From assembly GCA_963769025.1 (NCBI GenBank), contig CAVYKI010000003.1:1056001-1120000 (forward strand): a stretch of DNA of 64,000 nt, in the 5' to 3' direction. A program made the translations under genes and the position numbers. The stretch is from an uncultured Verrucomicrobiae bacterium. GTDB lineage: Bacteria > Verrucomicrobiota > Verrucomicrobiia > Chthoniobacterales > Chthoniobacteraceae. The number at the start of each line of letters is the position of its first letter. The first letter of the stretch is position 1. The notes beneath the pieces were generated by a model that saw nothing but the letters and a program-made list of their open reading frames with translations, made no database searches and had not been told where the DNA came from. Shown here piece by piece: positions 9,067-20,123 of this stretch.

Positions 9067-9996
9067 TCAACGCCCGCGGGTTTCCCGCTCCAGCCACGGC
9101 ACGAGCCGCGCGGATGCGATGCCGAGCGCCGCGCCGATGACCAAGCCCATCGTGTGCGCGGCGTTCGCCACCGGCCCCAGGAGCCCGGTGTAGCAGAGCA
9201 CCATCCACATGAGCATGAGCTGCACGATCTGCGTCGGGAGCTGCCAGTTCTGGCGGAGGTCAAATTTCCCCTTCATCCAAAGGAAGCCAAACAGCCCGTA
9301 GTTCACGCCGGACATCCCGCCGAAGCGCTGCGTGCTCCAGAGATACTCCGCGAGATTCGAGCCGATGCCGATGACCATGACGAGCGCGAGCAGTTTCGCC
9401 GCGCCGAAACGCGACTCGATGAACCGCCCGAGCTGCACGAGCCACATCATGTTGAAAAGGATGTGCATCACGCTCCCGTGGATGAAAATCGGCGTGATGA
9501 GCCGCCACACTTCGCCCGCCTTCACCTCCGGCAGAAAGAGCGAGCCGCCGCCCGGCAGCTCGCTGATGTAGGGCAGCCGCGAAATCTGCACGAGCTGCGT
9601 CACCTTCACATTGGCGAAGAAGTCCGTGTAAAAGGTCATCGCCACGCTGATGACGAGGAGGACGATGGGAACCCAACCCTGCGACAGGAAGTTCCGCTCG
9701 TAGCCGACGCGGGCCTCGTCAACCACCGTGGAACGGCGGCGGCCCGCGGACTTGACCAACTCTGCACGGATCGCCGACGCCTTCGCAGCAGCCTCGCGGA
9801 ATTCCGGGCCGTCCGGCGCGGAGCGGAAAAGTGCGAACAGGCGCGCGGCCTCGGCCATCTGGTCGTCCTCATGCACCCAGATGGAAACCGCGCCGCCGTC
9901 CTCGGGCTCGACGGTGCTCTCGATCCCGCGCGATATGAGCGCATCCTGAAATTTCTGCGCTTCCGCTTCGCTGGGCAATTCTCCGACTGTTCGCAT
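9067..9996 (-). CDS. Rhomboid intramembrane serine protease (GlpG-like, with N-terminal soluble domain)
   Basis: WRLITPIFIH, HILFNM, GGMSGVNY (catalytic Ser), NAAHTMG (catalytic His). Confidence 0.9.
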   Translation of the reverse strand: MRTVGELPSEAEAQKFQDALISRGIESTVEPEDGGAVSIWVHEDDQMAEAARLFALFRSAPDGPEFREAAAKASAIRAELVKSAGRRRSTVVDEARVGYERNFLSQGWVPIVLLVISVAMTFYTDFFANVKVTQLVQISRLPYISELPGGGSLFLPEVKAGEVWRLITPIFIHGSVMHILFNMMWLVQLGRFIESRFGAAKLLALVMVIGIGSNLAEYLWSTQRFGGMSGVNYGLFGFLWMKGKFDLRQNWQLPTQIVQLMLMWMVLCYTGLLGPVANAAHTMGLVIGAALGIASARLVPWLERETRGR

Positions 9997-10087
9997 CCGC
10001 ACGCTTTAGCAGCGCATTCCGCACGGCACAAGTGGCGGCATGATTGCGCCCGCGCCACGTTTCGTCTTGGCTGCGCGCGTGTTCGAT

Positions 10088-11092
10088 GTGCTTTACCGGC
10101 GTTTGGTCCGGCCAATCCTTTTTCGCTTCGATGCCGAGCGGGTGCATCACCTCGCGATGGCATTCCTCCACGGGCTCGGGCCCGTGGTGCAATCGGCCGC
10201 GCGCGGCGCGGCACCCGACCCGCGGCTGGCGCGCGAAGTCTTCGGCCTGAAATTCCTGAATCCCGTCGGTCTCGCGGCGGGCTTCGACAAGAATGCGCTC
10301 GTCCTCCCCGCCTGGGAGGGCCTCGGCTTTGGCTTCGCCGAAGTGGGCACCATCACCGCGAAGGCGCAGCCGGGAAATCCGAAGCCGCGCCTTTTCCGCG
10401 TCCCGGAAATCTCCGGCGTGATCAACCGCATGGGCTTCAACAACGACGGCGCGGATGCCGTCGCCGCGCGGCTCGCACGGCTGCGGGGCACGCCGCAGTG
10501 GCCGCGCTTTCCCGTCGGCATCAATCTCGGCAAATCCAAAGTCACGCCGATCGAGGAGGCGACCGGCGACTATCTCGATTCGTTTTCCAAGCTCCGCGAC
10601 CTCGGCGACTACTTCGTGCTCAACGTCTCCTCGCCGAACACGCCCGGCCTCCGGACCCTGCAGGATCGGCCCGCGCTCGATCAGCTCTTCTCCGCGGTCC
10701 AGGCGGCGAATGCTTCACGCAAGCCGATGCTCGTGAAAATCGCACCTGACCTCACATGGGAAGCCATCGACGACGTGCTCGCGCTGGTTGAATCACACCG
10801 ACTCGACGGAATCATCGCGACGAATACGACCATCGACCACAGCGCAGTCCCCGAGCACCGCCGCCAGACCGGCGGCCTCAGCGGCGCGCCCGTCCGCGCC
10901 CGCTCGACGGAGATCATCCGCCACATCACATCGCGGACGAAAGTGCCCGTCATCGGAGTCGGCGGCATCTTCAGCGCGGATGATGCGCGGGAGAAATTCG
11001 ACGCGGGCGCCGCGCTCATCCAGCTCTACACAGGCTACATCTACCGCGGCCCCGCCCTCGTCGCCGAGATCCTCCGCACGCTGCATCCGTAG
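10088..11092 (+). CDS. pyrD: Dihydroorotate dehydrogenase (quinone), class 2; start GTG 10088 or ATG 10040
   Basis: NPVGLAAGFDKN, NRMGFNN, NVSSPNTPGLR, GGLSG motifs. Confidence 0.95.
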   Translation: MLYRRLVRPILFRFDAERVHHLAMAFLHGLGPVVQSAARGAAPDPRLAREVFGLKFLNPVGLAAGFDKNALVLPAWEGLGFGFAEVGTITAKAQPGNPKPRLFRVPEISGVINRMGFNNDGADAVAARLARLRGTPQWPRFPVGINLGKSKVTPIEEATGDYLDSFSKLRDLGDYFVLNVSSPNTPGLRTLQDRPALDQLFSAVQAANASRKPMLVKIAPDLTWEAIDDVLALVESHRLDGIIATNTTIDHSAVPEHRRQTGGLSGAPVRARSTEIIRHITSRTKVPVIGVGGIFSADDAREKFDAGAALIQLYTGYIYRGPALVAEILRTLHP

Positions 11093-11164
11093 CCGCCGAC
11101 GGCCGGAGGCGGGCCGTTCGAACGCAAAAAGGAAATCAGCCCGCCTCCGGCCGTCGGCGGCTAC
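11089..11164. repeat. GTAG-type REP doublet (family A), perfect 26-bp inverted arms
   Basis: GTAGCCGCCGACGGCCGGAGGCGGGC ... GCCCGCCTCCGGCCGTCGGCGGCTAC between convergent pyrD and nagZ. Confidence 0.9.
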
Positions 11165-12288
11165 TAATAGGTTTCCACCGGCGAGCGTTTGCCGTCCTCG
11201 GCGCTGCGCTGGGCGGCGCGCTCGGCGCCCAGAGTGGCGACTCGCAGATCCCACACTTCGGCGTCGCGGCGGCGGAATTCTGCCTCGTCCCACGGGTCGG
11301 CCGGGGCGAGCTTGCGCTTGAAGGTGGCGACATTCGCCAGCGCCCGATCGAGTTCGGCATGCGGGACTTTTTCGAGGAAGGCGTGCGCCTTTTCCACCAT
11401 CTCGACGCGGTGGCAGATCATCGCGATGTCGTTGCCGGCGGTGATGGCGAGGTGGATGACTTTCTCGAGCCCGGCGTCGCCGAGTCCATATGGATTCAGG
11501 ATCGCGCCCATGTCGAGGTCGTCCGTCATCACGAGTCCACGGAAACCCATCTCGCCGCGCAGCAAGTCCGTGATGATTTTTCGCGAAAGCGAAGTCGGCA
11601 CGCCGCTGTCGTCGAGCGCGGGGTAGAATGCGTGGCCGATCATCATCGAGTCCACCGAGTTCGCCGTGCCGGGCGCGGAGAAATGTCTGAAGACGGCGAG
11701 CTCGTGCGGGTCGAGTTCCGCGCGCGGGAGCGGGATGGTGGGTAGCTCGTGGTGCGCGTCCGCGGGTGAGCGCGAGTAGCCGGGAAAATGTTTGCCGCAG
11801 CTCGCGATGCCGCCGGCGCGGAGTGCGTCGTTGAATGCGCCGGCGTTGCGGATGACCTGCGCGGCGTCGTTGCCGTAGCAGCGGCCGCGGAGCGAGTTGT
11901 CGGCCTCGTCGTCGAACGAAATGTCGAGCACCGGGCAGAGGTCGAGATTGAAGCCGAACATGCGCAGCAGCCGCGCGGTGATGCGCCCGTGATCGCGGAT
12001 GAGCGCGAGGTCGCCCTTGTCGCGGAAATTGTTCGCGTTCGGCGGCTCGTTGCCGACGAGCTTCAGGCGCGAGACGCGCCCGCCTTCCTGGTCGATGGTG
12101 ATGATGGGCTCGGTCGCGGAAACGTCGCGGAGGTCGTCGCAGAGTTTGCGGAGCTGCGCGGGGGACTGGATGTTCCGCCCGAAGAGGATGAACGCGCCGG
12201 GCTGGATGCGGCGGAAGGTCGCCGCGGTCTGCGCGTCGAGCACGGGACCGGGCACGCCGGTCATGAGGAGCTGGCCGAGAGTGGACAT
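11164..12288 (-). CDS. nagZ: GH3 beta-N-acetylhexosaminidase (NagZ-like)
   Basis: ILFGRN, IDQEGGRVSRL, KHFPGY...DAH, TDDLDM motifs. Confidence 0.85.
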   Translation of the reverse strand: MSTLGQLLMTGVPGPVLDAQTAATFRRIQPGAFILFGRNIQSPAQLRKLCDDLRDVSATEPIITIDQEGGRVSRLKLVGNEPPNANNFRDKGDLALIRDHGRITARLLRMFGFNLDLCPVLDISFDDEADNSLRGRCYGNDAAQVIRNAGAFNDALRAGGIASCGKHFPGYSRSPADAHHELPTIPLPRAELDPHELAVFRHFSAPGTANSVDSMMIGHAFYPALDDSGVPTSLSRKIITDLLRGEMGFRGLVMTDDLDMGAILNPYGLGDAGLEKVIHLAITAGNDIAMICHRVEMVEKAHAFLEKVPHAELDRALANVATFKRKLAPADPWDEAEFRRRDAEVWDLRVATLGAERAAQRSAEDGKRSPVETY

Positions 12289-12385
12289 GGGATGACTGGT
12301 GACTGGTGGCTGGCGCGCGGGCAAGCGCGGAGGCGGGGCTTGCAAATGCGGGCAGGCAGCCCGATACGTGCCGCCCATTTTTTCA

Positions 12386-13123
12386 ATGTCGCTCCAACCA
12401 TCCGAGATTAATCGCGAAGAGGTGAAGCGGCTCGCTGGGGAGTTTGAAGGCGCGCCGCTCACGGAGGTATTGCGGTGGATCTGGGGGAAGTTCGGCGAGC
12501 GCGCGGCCATCGGCACGAGCTTCCAAGGTGCGGGGCTGGTGATGATCGATCACGCGCTGAAAGCCGGGCTGAAATTCCCGGTGTTCACCCTCGATACGAA
12601 TCTGCTTTTTCCCGAGACGTACGAGCTGAAGGCGCGGCTGGAAAAGCATTGGGGCATTGCCATCGAGGCGCTGCAACCTGAACTCAACGTCGAGCAGCAA
12701 GCCGCGGAGTACGGAGCGGAGCTCTGGAAAAAGGCACCGGATGTGTGCTGCACGCTGCGCAAGGTGGTGCCGTTGCAAAAAAAGCTGAGCACGCTCGCCG
12801 TGTGGATCACCGGCCTGCGCCGCCAGCAGAGCGACACGCGGGAAGGCGCTCAAATCCTAGAGCTCTACCACTTCGACGTGCTGCGGGACCTTTACATCCT
12901 GAAGGCAAATCCGATGGCCAACTGGAAGCGCGAGGCGGTGTGGGAATACCTCAAGGCGAACGGCATCCCCTACAATCCGCTGCACGATCGCGGCTACCGG
13001 AGCATCGGCTGCTGGCCGTGCACGAAGCCGACCGACGCCGGAGAGAACGAGCGCGCGGGACGCTGGACGGGTTTCGACAAGGCGGAATGCGGCATCCACA
13101 CCTTCCTCGGCGACAGCATTTGA
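12386..13123 (+). CDS. cysH: APS/PAPS reductase (CC...CxxC Fe-S type, likely APS reductase)
   Basis: LDT, VCCTLRKV, WITGLRRQQS, GYRSIGCWPCT, ECGIH. Confidence 0.92.
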   Translation: MSLQPSEINREEVKRLAGEFEGAPLTEVLRWIWGKFGERAAIGTSFQGAGLVMIDHALKAGLKFPVFTLDTNLLFPETYELKARLEKHWGIAIEALQPELNVEQQAAEYGAELWKKAPDVCCTLRKVVPLQKKLSTLAVWITGLRRQQSDTREGAQILELYHFDVLRDLYILKANPMANWKREAVWEYLKANGIPYNPLHDRGYRSIGCWPCTKPTDAGENERAGRWTGFDKAECGIHTFLGDSI

Positions 13124-13208
13124 AGGTGTTCACGGTCGCCACACTGGCCAACGTTCGACGGTTCCTGCTAAGAAGGGCATTGATCGTTGAATTGAAACTG
13201 GCAGCCCC

Positions 13209-14099
13209 ATGACGCGCGTTTTCCTCACTCTCCTCCTAGTGGCTTTGCTGCCGGTCGGCGGTTTGGCACTTGCGGCGCCGGCGAAGCCGCCAAGCAAAGG
13301 TGAGAAGCTCCGGCTGGCAGGAGAGGTGTACCGGATTTTCGAGGCGAAGTGTGCGGACTGCCACGGTGCGCACCTGCCGAAGCCGAAGGGGAAATTCGGC
13401 CATGTGCTCGACTTGAAACGGATCGCGGCAAACTCCGACTACGTGGTCCGCGGGGAGCCTGTGAAGTCGGAGCTCTTCCTGATGGTGAAGAACGACGAGA
13501 TGCCCGGCGAGGATGCCGACGTGCCGCCGCTGACCCCGGAAGAAAAGAGGACGGTCGAGGCATGGGTCCTGGCCGGGGCGCCGCACGAGCTGCCCGCGGG
13601 ATTTTTTCCGGCGAGCGCCGGCCCGGAAAAAAAGGCCGAGCCGAATGTTACGTTCGTCCGGCGGCTCATGAACTGGCTTGGAAAATTTCATCCGCTTTCC
13701 ACGCACTTTCCCGTCGCGCTGCTGATGGCTGCGGTGATGGCGGAGGGGCTGGCGTGGGGGCTGAAGCGCGATGAGTGGATGCTGCTGGTGCGCTTTCTCG
13801 TGGTCATCGGCGCGATCAGCAGCGTGCCTACGACGGTGCTGGGATGGATGGCGGATTTCCCGCTGCTCGGCGGCAGCGAACTCGCGACGATCTACCGGTT
13901 TCATCAGGTCCTCGGGACGGCGACCACCGCGTGGGCGCTGGTCTGCGCGGGGCTCGTGTGCATTGCGGAATGCGAGGAGGGCTCCGTGGCGCGGCGGCGT
14001 TTCCGCGGGGCGCTGCTCCTTGGCGCGTTGCTCATTGCCGTGGTCGGCTTCCTCGGCGGGGCGCTGAACGCCGGCGGGCTCGGGCATTACAAGTTCTGA
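13209..14099 (+). CDS. Planctomycete-type cytochrome c domain fused to a DUF2231-like membrane domain
   Basis: Signal peptide, CADCHG heme motif, EMP...LTPEEK..V.AW; then GKFHPLSTHFPVALL and four hydrophobic helices. Confidence 0.75.
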   Translation: MTRVFLTLLLVALLPVGGLALAAPAKPPSKGEKLRLAGEVYRIFEAKCADCHGAHLPKPKGKFGHVLDLKRIAANSDYVVRGEPVKSELFLMVKNDEMPGEDADVPPLTPEEKRTVEAWVLAGAPHELPAGFFPASAGPEKKAEPNVTFVRRLMNWLGKFHPLSTHFPVALLMAAVMAEGLAWGLKRDEWMLLVRFLVVIGAISSVPTTVLGWMADFPLLGGSELATIYRFHQVLGTATTAWALVCAGLVCIAECEEGSVARRRFRGALLLGALLIAVVGFLGGALNAGGLGHYKF

Positions 14100-14168
14100 G
14101 CGGCGCGAAGCGGGCGGCACGATGATGCGCTCGACACGCAGCGCGCGCCTTCCCATTTTCGCGGCCGC

Positions 14169-15137
<969 letters not shown>

Positions 15138-15149
15138 GGAATTTCCTAA

Positions 15150-16042
15150 GAGACTGTGTAAAAAGTCACTTGGCGAGTCTGCGCAGCATGATGCGGGAGG
15201 CTTGAATGAGGATCATCGCCTGGCTGGAGGCGGTTTTGGTTTCGTAGTCGCGGGCAAGTCTGCGCGCCTGCATGAGCCATCCCAAAGTGCGTTCGACGAT
15301 CCACCGCTTGGGCTGGACTTGGAAGCCTTTGGGGGCGGGGTCGCTGCGTTTGATGATGTCCAGGCGCAGGTCCGGATGGGCGGCGTGCGCGCGCAAGTCT
15401 GCGGCGAGCGTGCCGCCCGCGTAGCCTGCGTCCGCCCACAGCTGTCCGAGCCGTGGCTGGGTGCGCAGCACGGGCGGGAGCACCTGCAGGGATCCGGCGC
15501 GATCGGAGACATCGGCACCGGTGACCACGACGCCCAGGATGAGCCCCAGGGTGTCTACCACCAGATGCCGTTTTCGCCCTCGGATCTTCTTGCCCGCATC
15601 GTAGCCTCGCACTCCGGGGTGGTTAGCCACTTTAACACTCTGCGCGTCGAAGATCGCAGCGCTGGGGGCTTTTTTTTCGCGCCTTTCCCGCGCACGGCCT
15701 CGCGCAGCTGATCGTTGATTTGCACCCAGAGCCCGTTCTCCCGCCACTTGGCAAAGTAGTAGTAGCACAGCCGCCACGGCGGCAGGTCATGCGGCAAGAG
15801 CCGCCACGCGCACCCGCTGCGCACCACGTAGAAGATGGCATTGAGCACCAGCCTCCGGTCGTGGCGCGGTGGCCGCCCAAGCTTCGCCGGCACGTTCACC
15901 AGCGGGCGCAACAGCTCCCATTCCACTTCATTGAGGTCACTCGGATACGGTTCTTGGTTCGGCATCCCAAGCTTTCCACCCCATTCCTCCAATTCGTAAC
16001 AAGTACTAAAATGACCATAGTGCAGACTTTTTGCACAGTCTC
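15150..16042 (-). mobile_element. IS5-family insertion sequence (893 bp, IS1031/IS427-like)
   Basis: Terminal inverted repeats GAGACTGTGTAAAAAGTC (15150-15167) / GAGACTGTGCAAAAAGTC (16025-16042, minus strand), 17 of 18 identical; TAA duplicated at 15147-15149 and 16043-16045. Confidence 0.93.
15166..15965 (-). CDS. IS5-family DDE transposase expressed by -1 frameshift (orfA 15555-15965, orfB ending 15166)
   Basis: orfA YPSDL..EW...NAIFY..RSGCAWR.LP; orfB D.QSVK...GYDAGKKIRGRKRH...ADAGY...KRWIVERT; A8G slippery tract at 15669-15677. Confidence 0.9.
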
Positions 16043-16228
16043 TAAGGCCGCCGGTGCCTCCTGTTGATCTTATTGAAAGGAGGGAAACGCATCTGCATGT
16101 GATACGCGTCCGTAAATTCGGCTTGCGCCGCCCCGTATCGCTTCACAGATTCAAAGCTCCCCTATCTGCCTCGCATCCCACGCATCGTGGGATGGCTTTC
16201 GAGGCCTGAAAAACAAAGAAAGAAAAAC

Positions 16229-16459
16229 ATGCAAGAGAACGCCGGACCGAGGATGCCCTCCGAGCCGATTGCCTCTGAGAAAGTGACGATTGACCGAAAG
16301 GTCTTCTTCATCGACCTCAAGGAGAACCAGCGTGGTCGGTTCATGAAAATAACCGAAGACGTTGGTGGGCGACGCGACACGATCATGCTCCCCGCGGGTG
16401 CCTTCAAGGACTTCCTTGAAGCACTCGCACGCCTGGTCGAGTACGAGTCCAAATTGTAA
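16229..16459 (+). CDS. PUR-family single-stranded nucleic-acid-binding protein
   Basis: SEKVTIDRKVFFIDLKENQRGRFMKITE matches the PUR repeat pattern (K.F..D.K.N.RG.F..I.E). Confidence 0.8.
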   Translation: MQENAGPRMPSEPIASEKVTIDRKVFFIDLKENQRGRFMKITEDVGGRRDTIMLPAGAFKDFLEALARLVEYESKL

Positions 16460-16503
16460 TCTGCCCCAAGATGTCAGCCGCGGGAAGCCCGTGGGCCTGA
16501 TCG

Positions 16504-16540
16504 AAAGCCCCGGCCAATTCCCCTGGCCGGGGCTTTTTGT
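16504..16540. terminator. Intrinsic terminator between convergent genes
   Basis: AAAGCCCCGGCCA-attcccc-TGGCCGGGGCTTTTTGT. Confidence 0.85.
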
Positions 16541-17587
16541 TCAATCCGGGGCCTTGAAGCCGAGCACCTGGCGGACGGCGGCGGTAACGGACGCCGCAGT
16601 GACTTCCCGCATGCAGCGGAAATCAATCGGGCACTCGCGCAAAAAGCACGGACTGCACTCGGCGCGCTTTCGCACGATGACATGGCCGGAGCCGAGCGGA
16701 CCGGTGAGCGCCGGTTCGGTGCTCCCGAAGATCGCGACGGTCGGCACGCCCAGCAATGCTGCGAGATGCATCGTGCCGGTGTCATTGGTGAGAAGCGCAT
16801 CGCTATCACGCAGGATGCAGATGAGCTCGGCGAGCGTCGTTTCACCGCAGCGATTTTCGACATTCGGAGGATTCTCGCAAAGCGTCGCAATCTCCGCGGC
16901 CACCGGACGATCCTTCGCCGTGCCGACGAGCTGCCAGCGGCACTTCACGGAATCGCTCACCGCCTGCACCACCTCGGCGTAGCCCTCGGGCAGCCAGCGT
17001 TTCGCGGGTCCGTACTCGGCGCCGGCGCACACGGCGATCCGCACGGGCTGGCCCGGATCGCGCAATCGTCCCGCGCCCGCCTTTGGAAAACCGAACGAGG
17101 AATCCGGCTCCGCACGCGCTCCGACGAACTCCGCCAGCTTCAGATAATGGAAGACCTGATGCGCGCCCGGCGCAATCGCAGGCTCGGGTTTCTCCTCACG
17201 AAAAACCTCCGTCATCAGCGCCGAACGCCGCGCATGTCCGGGATAGCCGACGCGGCGGGGCACGCGCGCGAGCCACATTTCCAGCCCGGTCCGCAGGCTG
17301 TTCGGGAAGACGACGCCGGTCGTGAATCCGCGGCCGCGGATCAGCTTCGCGACCCGGAAAACGTGGGTCATGCCCGAAAGCTTGCGCAGCAATCCCCTGC
17401 CCCGCGGCGCCGGGAAAGGGATCACCTCGTCCACCTCCGGCACGAGCCTCCACACATCGGCGAGCTTTTCCGGCGTGAGCACGGCAACATGGGCACCGGC
17501 CAGCCCTTGCTTGATGGCGCGCACCGCCGGCACGCTCATCACAGCGTCTCCGAGCCAGTTTGAGGAACGAATGACGACCCGCTCCAT
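16541..17587 (-). CDS. waaF: Lipopolysaccharide heptosyltransferase II (GT9)
   Basis: SNWLGDAVMS.P, GAEYGPAKRW, TNDTGTMHLAA, IFGST. Confidence 0.9.
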   Translation of the reverse strand: MERVVIRSSNWLGDAVMSVPAVRAIKQGLAGAHVAVLTPEKLADVWRLVPEVDEVIPFPAPRGRGLLRKLSGMTHVFRVAKLIRGRGFTTGVVFPNSLRTGLEMWLARVPRRVGYPGHARRSALMTEVFREEKPEPAIAPGAHQVFHYLKLAEFVGARAEPDSSFGFPKAGAGRLRDPGQPVRIAVCAGAEYGPAKRWLPEGYAEVVQAVSDSVKCRWQLVGTAKDRPVAAEIATLCENPPNVENRCGETTLAELICILRDSDALLTNDTGTMHLAALLGVPTVAIFGSTEPALTGPLGSGHVIVRKRAECSPCFLRECPIDFRCMREVTAASVTAAVRQVLGFKAPD

Positions 17588-19203
17588 CACTTGTCTTTCC
17601 AGAACATCGTGCGGAACGGATGCTCGTCCGTGAGGTTTCCCTGCACGCCGCCGAGGCGTTCGCTGAAGAACATGATCACCACGTAGTTGAAGAGCGGACA
17701 GATCGGCACCTCGTCGCGCACGAGGATCGTCTCCGCCTCGCGAAACAGAGCGAACCGCTTTGCCTGGTCAGTCTCCGTCGCCGCGAGCGCGATCAGTTCG
17801 TCGTAGCGCTTGCTGCTCCAGCCGCAGTTGTTGTTGCCGCCGCCGGTCACGAACATGTCGAGGAAGGTGTTCGGATCCTTGTAGTCGCCGACCCACGACG
17901 AGCGGCAGAGGTCGTAGTCCAGCGCCGAGAGGGTGTTCAAATAGACGGCCCATTCCTGTTTCGAGAGCAACACGGAGATTCCCAGTTCGCGCTTGAACAT
18001 CGCCTGCACCTCGACGGCGATCTTTTCATCCGTCTCGCTCTTGTTCGTGTAAAGGTAACGCACGACCGGAAAGCCGGCGCCGCCGGGAAAGCCGGCCTCG
18101 GCGAGCAGCTTCCGCGCGGCGTCCGGATCGCGTTTGATGCCCGCCGGCGGCTGGTAGCCCGCGGTGCCCGGCGGCACGAACGCATCGGCGACCGGCTCGC
18201 CCGCCTGTGTGACCTTCTCGGTGAGCAGCGTCTTGTCCACGACCATCGAGAACGCCTTGCGCACCCGCACGTCGTTGAACGGCGCGCGCTTCACGTTGTA
18301 GCGGATGAAGTAGGTCGCGAGGATCGGCGTCGCGTGGTAGTCGGGCCGCTTTTTCAAGTCCGGCACGAGCGAGGTCGGCACCATGGATTTGTCGAGGATG
18401 AGGTCGGCCACGCCGCTGAAGTAAAAATTGAACGCCGTGTTCGGAGTCGGCGCAGGCAGGATATCCACGGTGTTGAGCCGCACGCTTGCAGCGTCCCAAT
18501 AGCGCGGGTTGCGCGTGAGCCGGATGCGGTCATTCAGCCGCCACTCGGTGAAAAGGAACGGGCCATTGTTGATGAGGACTCCCGGCCTCAGCCACGACCC
18601 GCCGGTCTTTTCCGCCGCTTCCACGCTCGCGCGATGAATCGGCATGAGGGTGTAAAACGCGCAGAGGTCCACGAAGAACGGCGTCGGGTTTTTCAGCTCG
18701 ACCGTCAGCGTCTGCGCATCCGGCGCGCGGATGGCGACGGAATCATCCGGCGGACGCGATGCGCTGTCCTTCGCCTCGCCGTACGCCTCGGCGCCGCGGA
18801 TGTAGTAGAATTGGTATTTGTACTCCGCCTCCGGTTCGCGGAGCGCGCGCAGCCAAGACCACACAAAGTCGGCAGCGGTGATCGGATCGCCGTTGCTCCA
18901 CTTCGCTCCGCGGCGCAGGTGAAACGTGTAGTGCCGCCCGTCGGGCGAAATCTCCCAGCGGTCGGCAACGCCCGGCTCGGTGTCGCCGCCGACCGTGTAG
19001 CGCGTGAGCCCCTCGAAGAGTGAGTAGGCGATCCGTCCCTCGGGCTGGCCGCGGATTTTTGCGGGATCGATCGAATCTGGCTCGCCTCCGTTGATGACCA
19101 CCAAGTCCGCCCGGTCCGGTGGTCGGCCGCAGCCGCAGACCAACGTCAGCACGAGGAAAAATAGGATCAGTCGGCGGGCGGATGGATTCACGCGGGCGCG
19201 CAC
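17587..19203 (-). CDS. Oligopeptide ABC transporter substrate-binding lipoprotein (OppA-like)
   Basis: Lipobox-like VCGC, EPDSIDP, YTFHLR..AKWSNG, NGPF, W.GDY.DP.TFL. Confidence 0.9.
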   Translation of the reverse strand: MRARVNPSARRLILFFLVLTLVCGCGRPPDRADLVVINGGEPDSIDPAKIRGQPEGRIAYSLFEGLTRYTVGGDTEPGVADRWEISPDGRHYTFHLRRGAKWSNGDPITAADFVWSWLRALREPEAEYKYQFYYIRGAEAYGEAKDSASRPPDDSVAIRAPDAQTLTVELKNPTPFFVDLCAFYTLMPIHRASVEAAEKTGGSWLRPGVLINNGPFLFTEWRLNDRIRLTRNPRYWDAASVRLNTVDILPAPTPNTAFNFYFSGVADLILDKSMVPTSLVPDLKKRPDYHATPILATYFIRYNVKRAPFNDVRVRKAFSMVVDKTLLTEKVTQAGEPVADAFVPPGTAGYQPPAGIKRDPDAARKLLAEAGFPGGAGFPVVRYLYTNKSETDEKIAVEVQAMFKRELGISVLLSKQEWAVYLNTLSALDYDLCRSSWVGDYKDPNTFLDMFVTGGGNNNCGWSSKRYDELIALAATETDQAKRFALFREAETILVRDEVPICPLFNYVVIMFFSERLGGVQGNLTDEHPFRTMFWKDK

Positions 19204-19216
19204 GGTGCACCAAGAG

Positions 19217-19244
19217 GTTGAGAGTTGAAAGTTGAGAGTTGAGA
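19217..19244. repeat. Heptamer tandem repeat GTTGAGA x4
   Basis: gttgaga-gttgaaa-gttgaga-gttgaga; same unit as at 7813. Confidence 0.75.
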
Positions 19245-19373
19245 GGCGCGATGACCGTTCCTGTCCGGGCTCCCAACCATCAATGTGAAATGTTGGCCGG
19301 TGAGTGTGATCCGGTTTAGCTTTCGCTTTTTCCGAGCAAAACTGCTGCCGCGTTGCTATTCACCTTCGCCCGG

Positions 19374-20123
19374 ATGAATCCTCTCGAAAAGCGTCTCAAA
19401 TACAAATTCCGCAATCCGCTCCTGCTCGCGGAGGCGCTCACGCATCCGTCGCTCGGGCATGAGACGCAGCGGCATCACTTTGACAACCAGCGTCTCGAAT
19501 TTCTCGGCGATGCCGTGCTGCAGTTGATTTTTACCGAATGGCTTTTCGATCACTTTCCGAAGTTCAGCGAGGGGCAGTTGACGAAAATGCGGTCGGGGCT
19601 CGTCTCGCGGGAAGGACTGAAAGTCCACGCGGAGCGTCTCGACCTCGGCCAGCATCTGATGATGGGCCGCGGCGAGGAAACTTCCGGCGGCCGCGAGCGC
19701 AGTTCCGCGCTGGCTGACGCCTACGAGGCGCTCATCGGCGCGATCTACCTGGACTCGGATTACGTCACGGCGCGGCGCATCGTCATCACCGAGGCGCGCG
19801 AAGACCTGGAAACCCTCGATGTGGATCCGCCGGATCAAAACCCGAAGGGCCAGCTCCAGGAGGTGCTCCAGGCGATCTCACCGATCAGCCCGGTTTACCC
19901 GATCCTCTCCGCGGAGGGACCCGAGCACCAAAAACATTTCGTCGCACAGGTGACTTGGAACGGACTCGATCTCGGCGAAGGCAAGGGCCACAGCAAGAAA
20001 GACGCGGAGACCGCGGCTGCCCGCGACGCGCTGAAAAACAGGAAGTGGGTGACGGCCGGTTTCGCACCCGATCCGCTCGCCCGAAAACCTGCGAACAAAA
20101 AACCAAGAAGGGCCAACAACTGA
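19374..20123 (+). CDS. rnc: Ribonuclease III
   Basis: ALTHPS, NQRLEFLGDAVL, ADAYEALIGA, C-terminal dsRBD. Confidence 0.96.
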   Translation: MNPLEKRLKYKFRNPLLLAEALTHPSLGHETQRHHFDNQRLEFLGDAVLQLIFTEWLFDHFPKFSEGQLTKMRSGLVSREGLKVHAERLDLGQHLMMGRGEETSGGRERSSALADAYEALIGAIYLDSDYVTARRIVITEAREDLETLDVDPPDQNPKGQLQEVLQAISPISPVYPILSAEGPEHQKHFVAQVTWNGLDLGEGKGHSKKDAETAAARDALKNRKWVTAGFAPDPLARKPANKKPRRANN

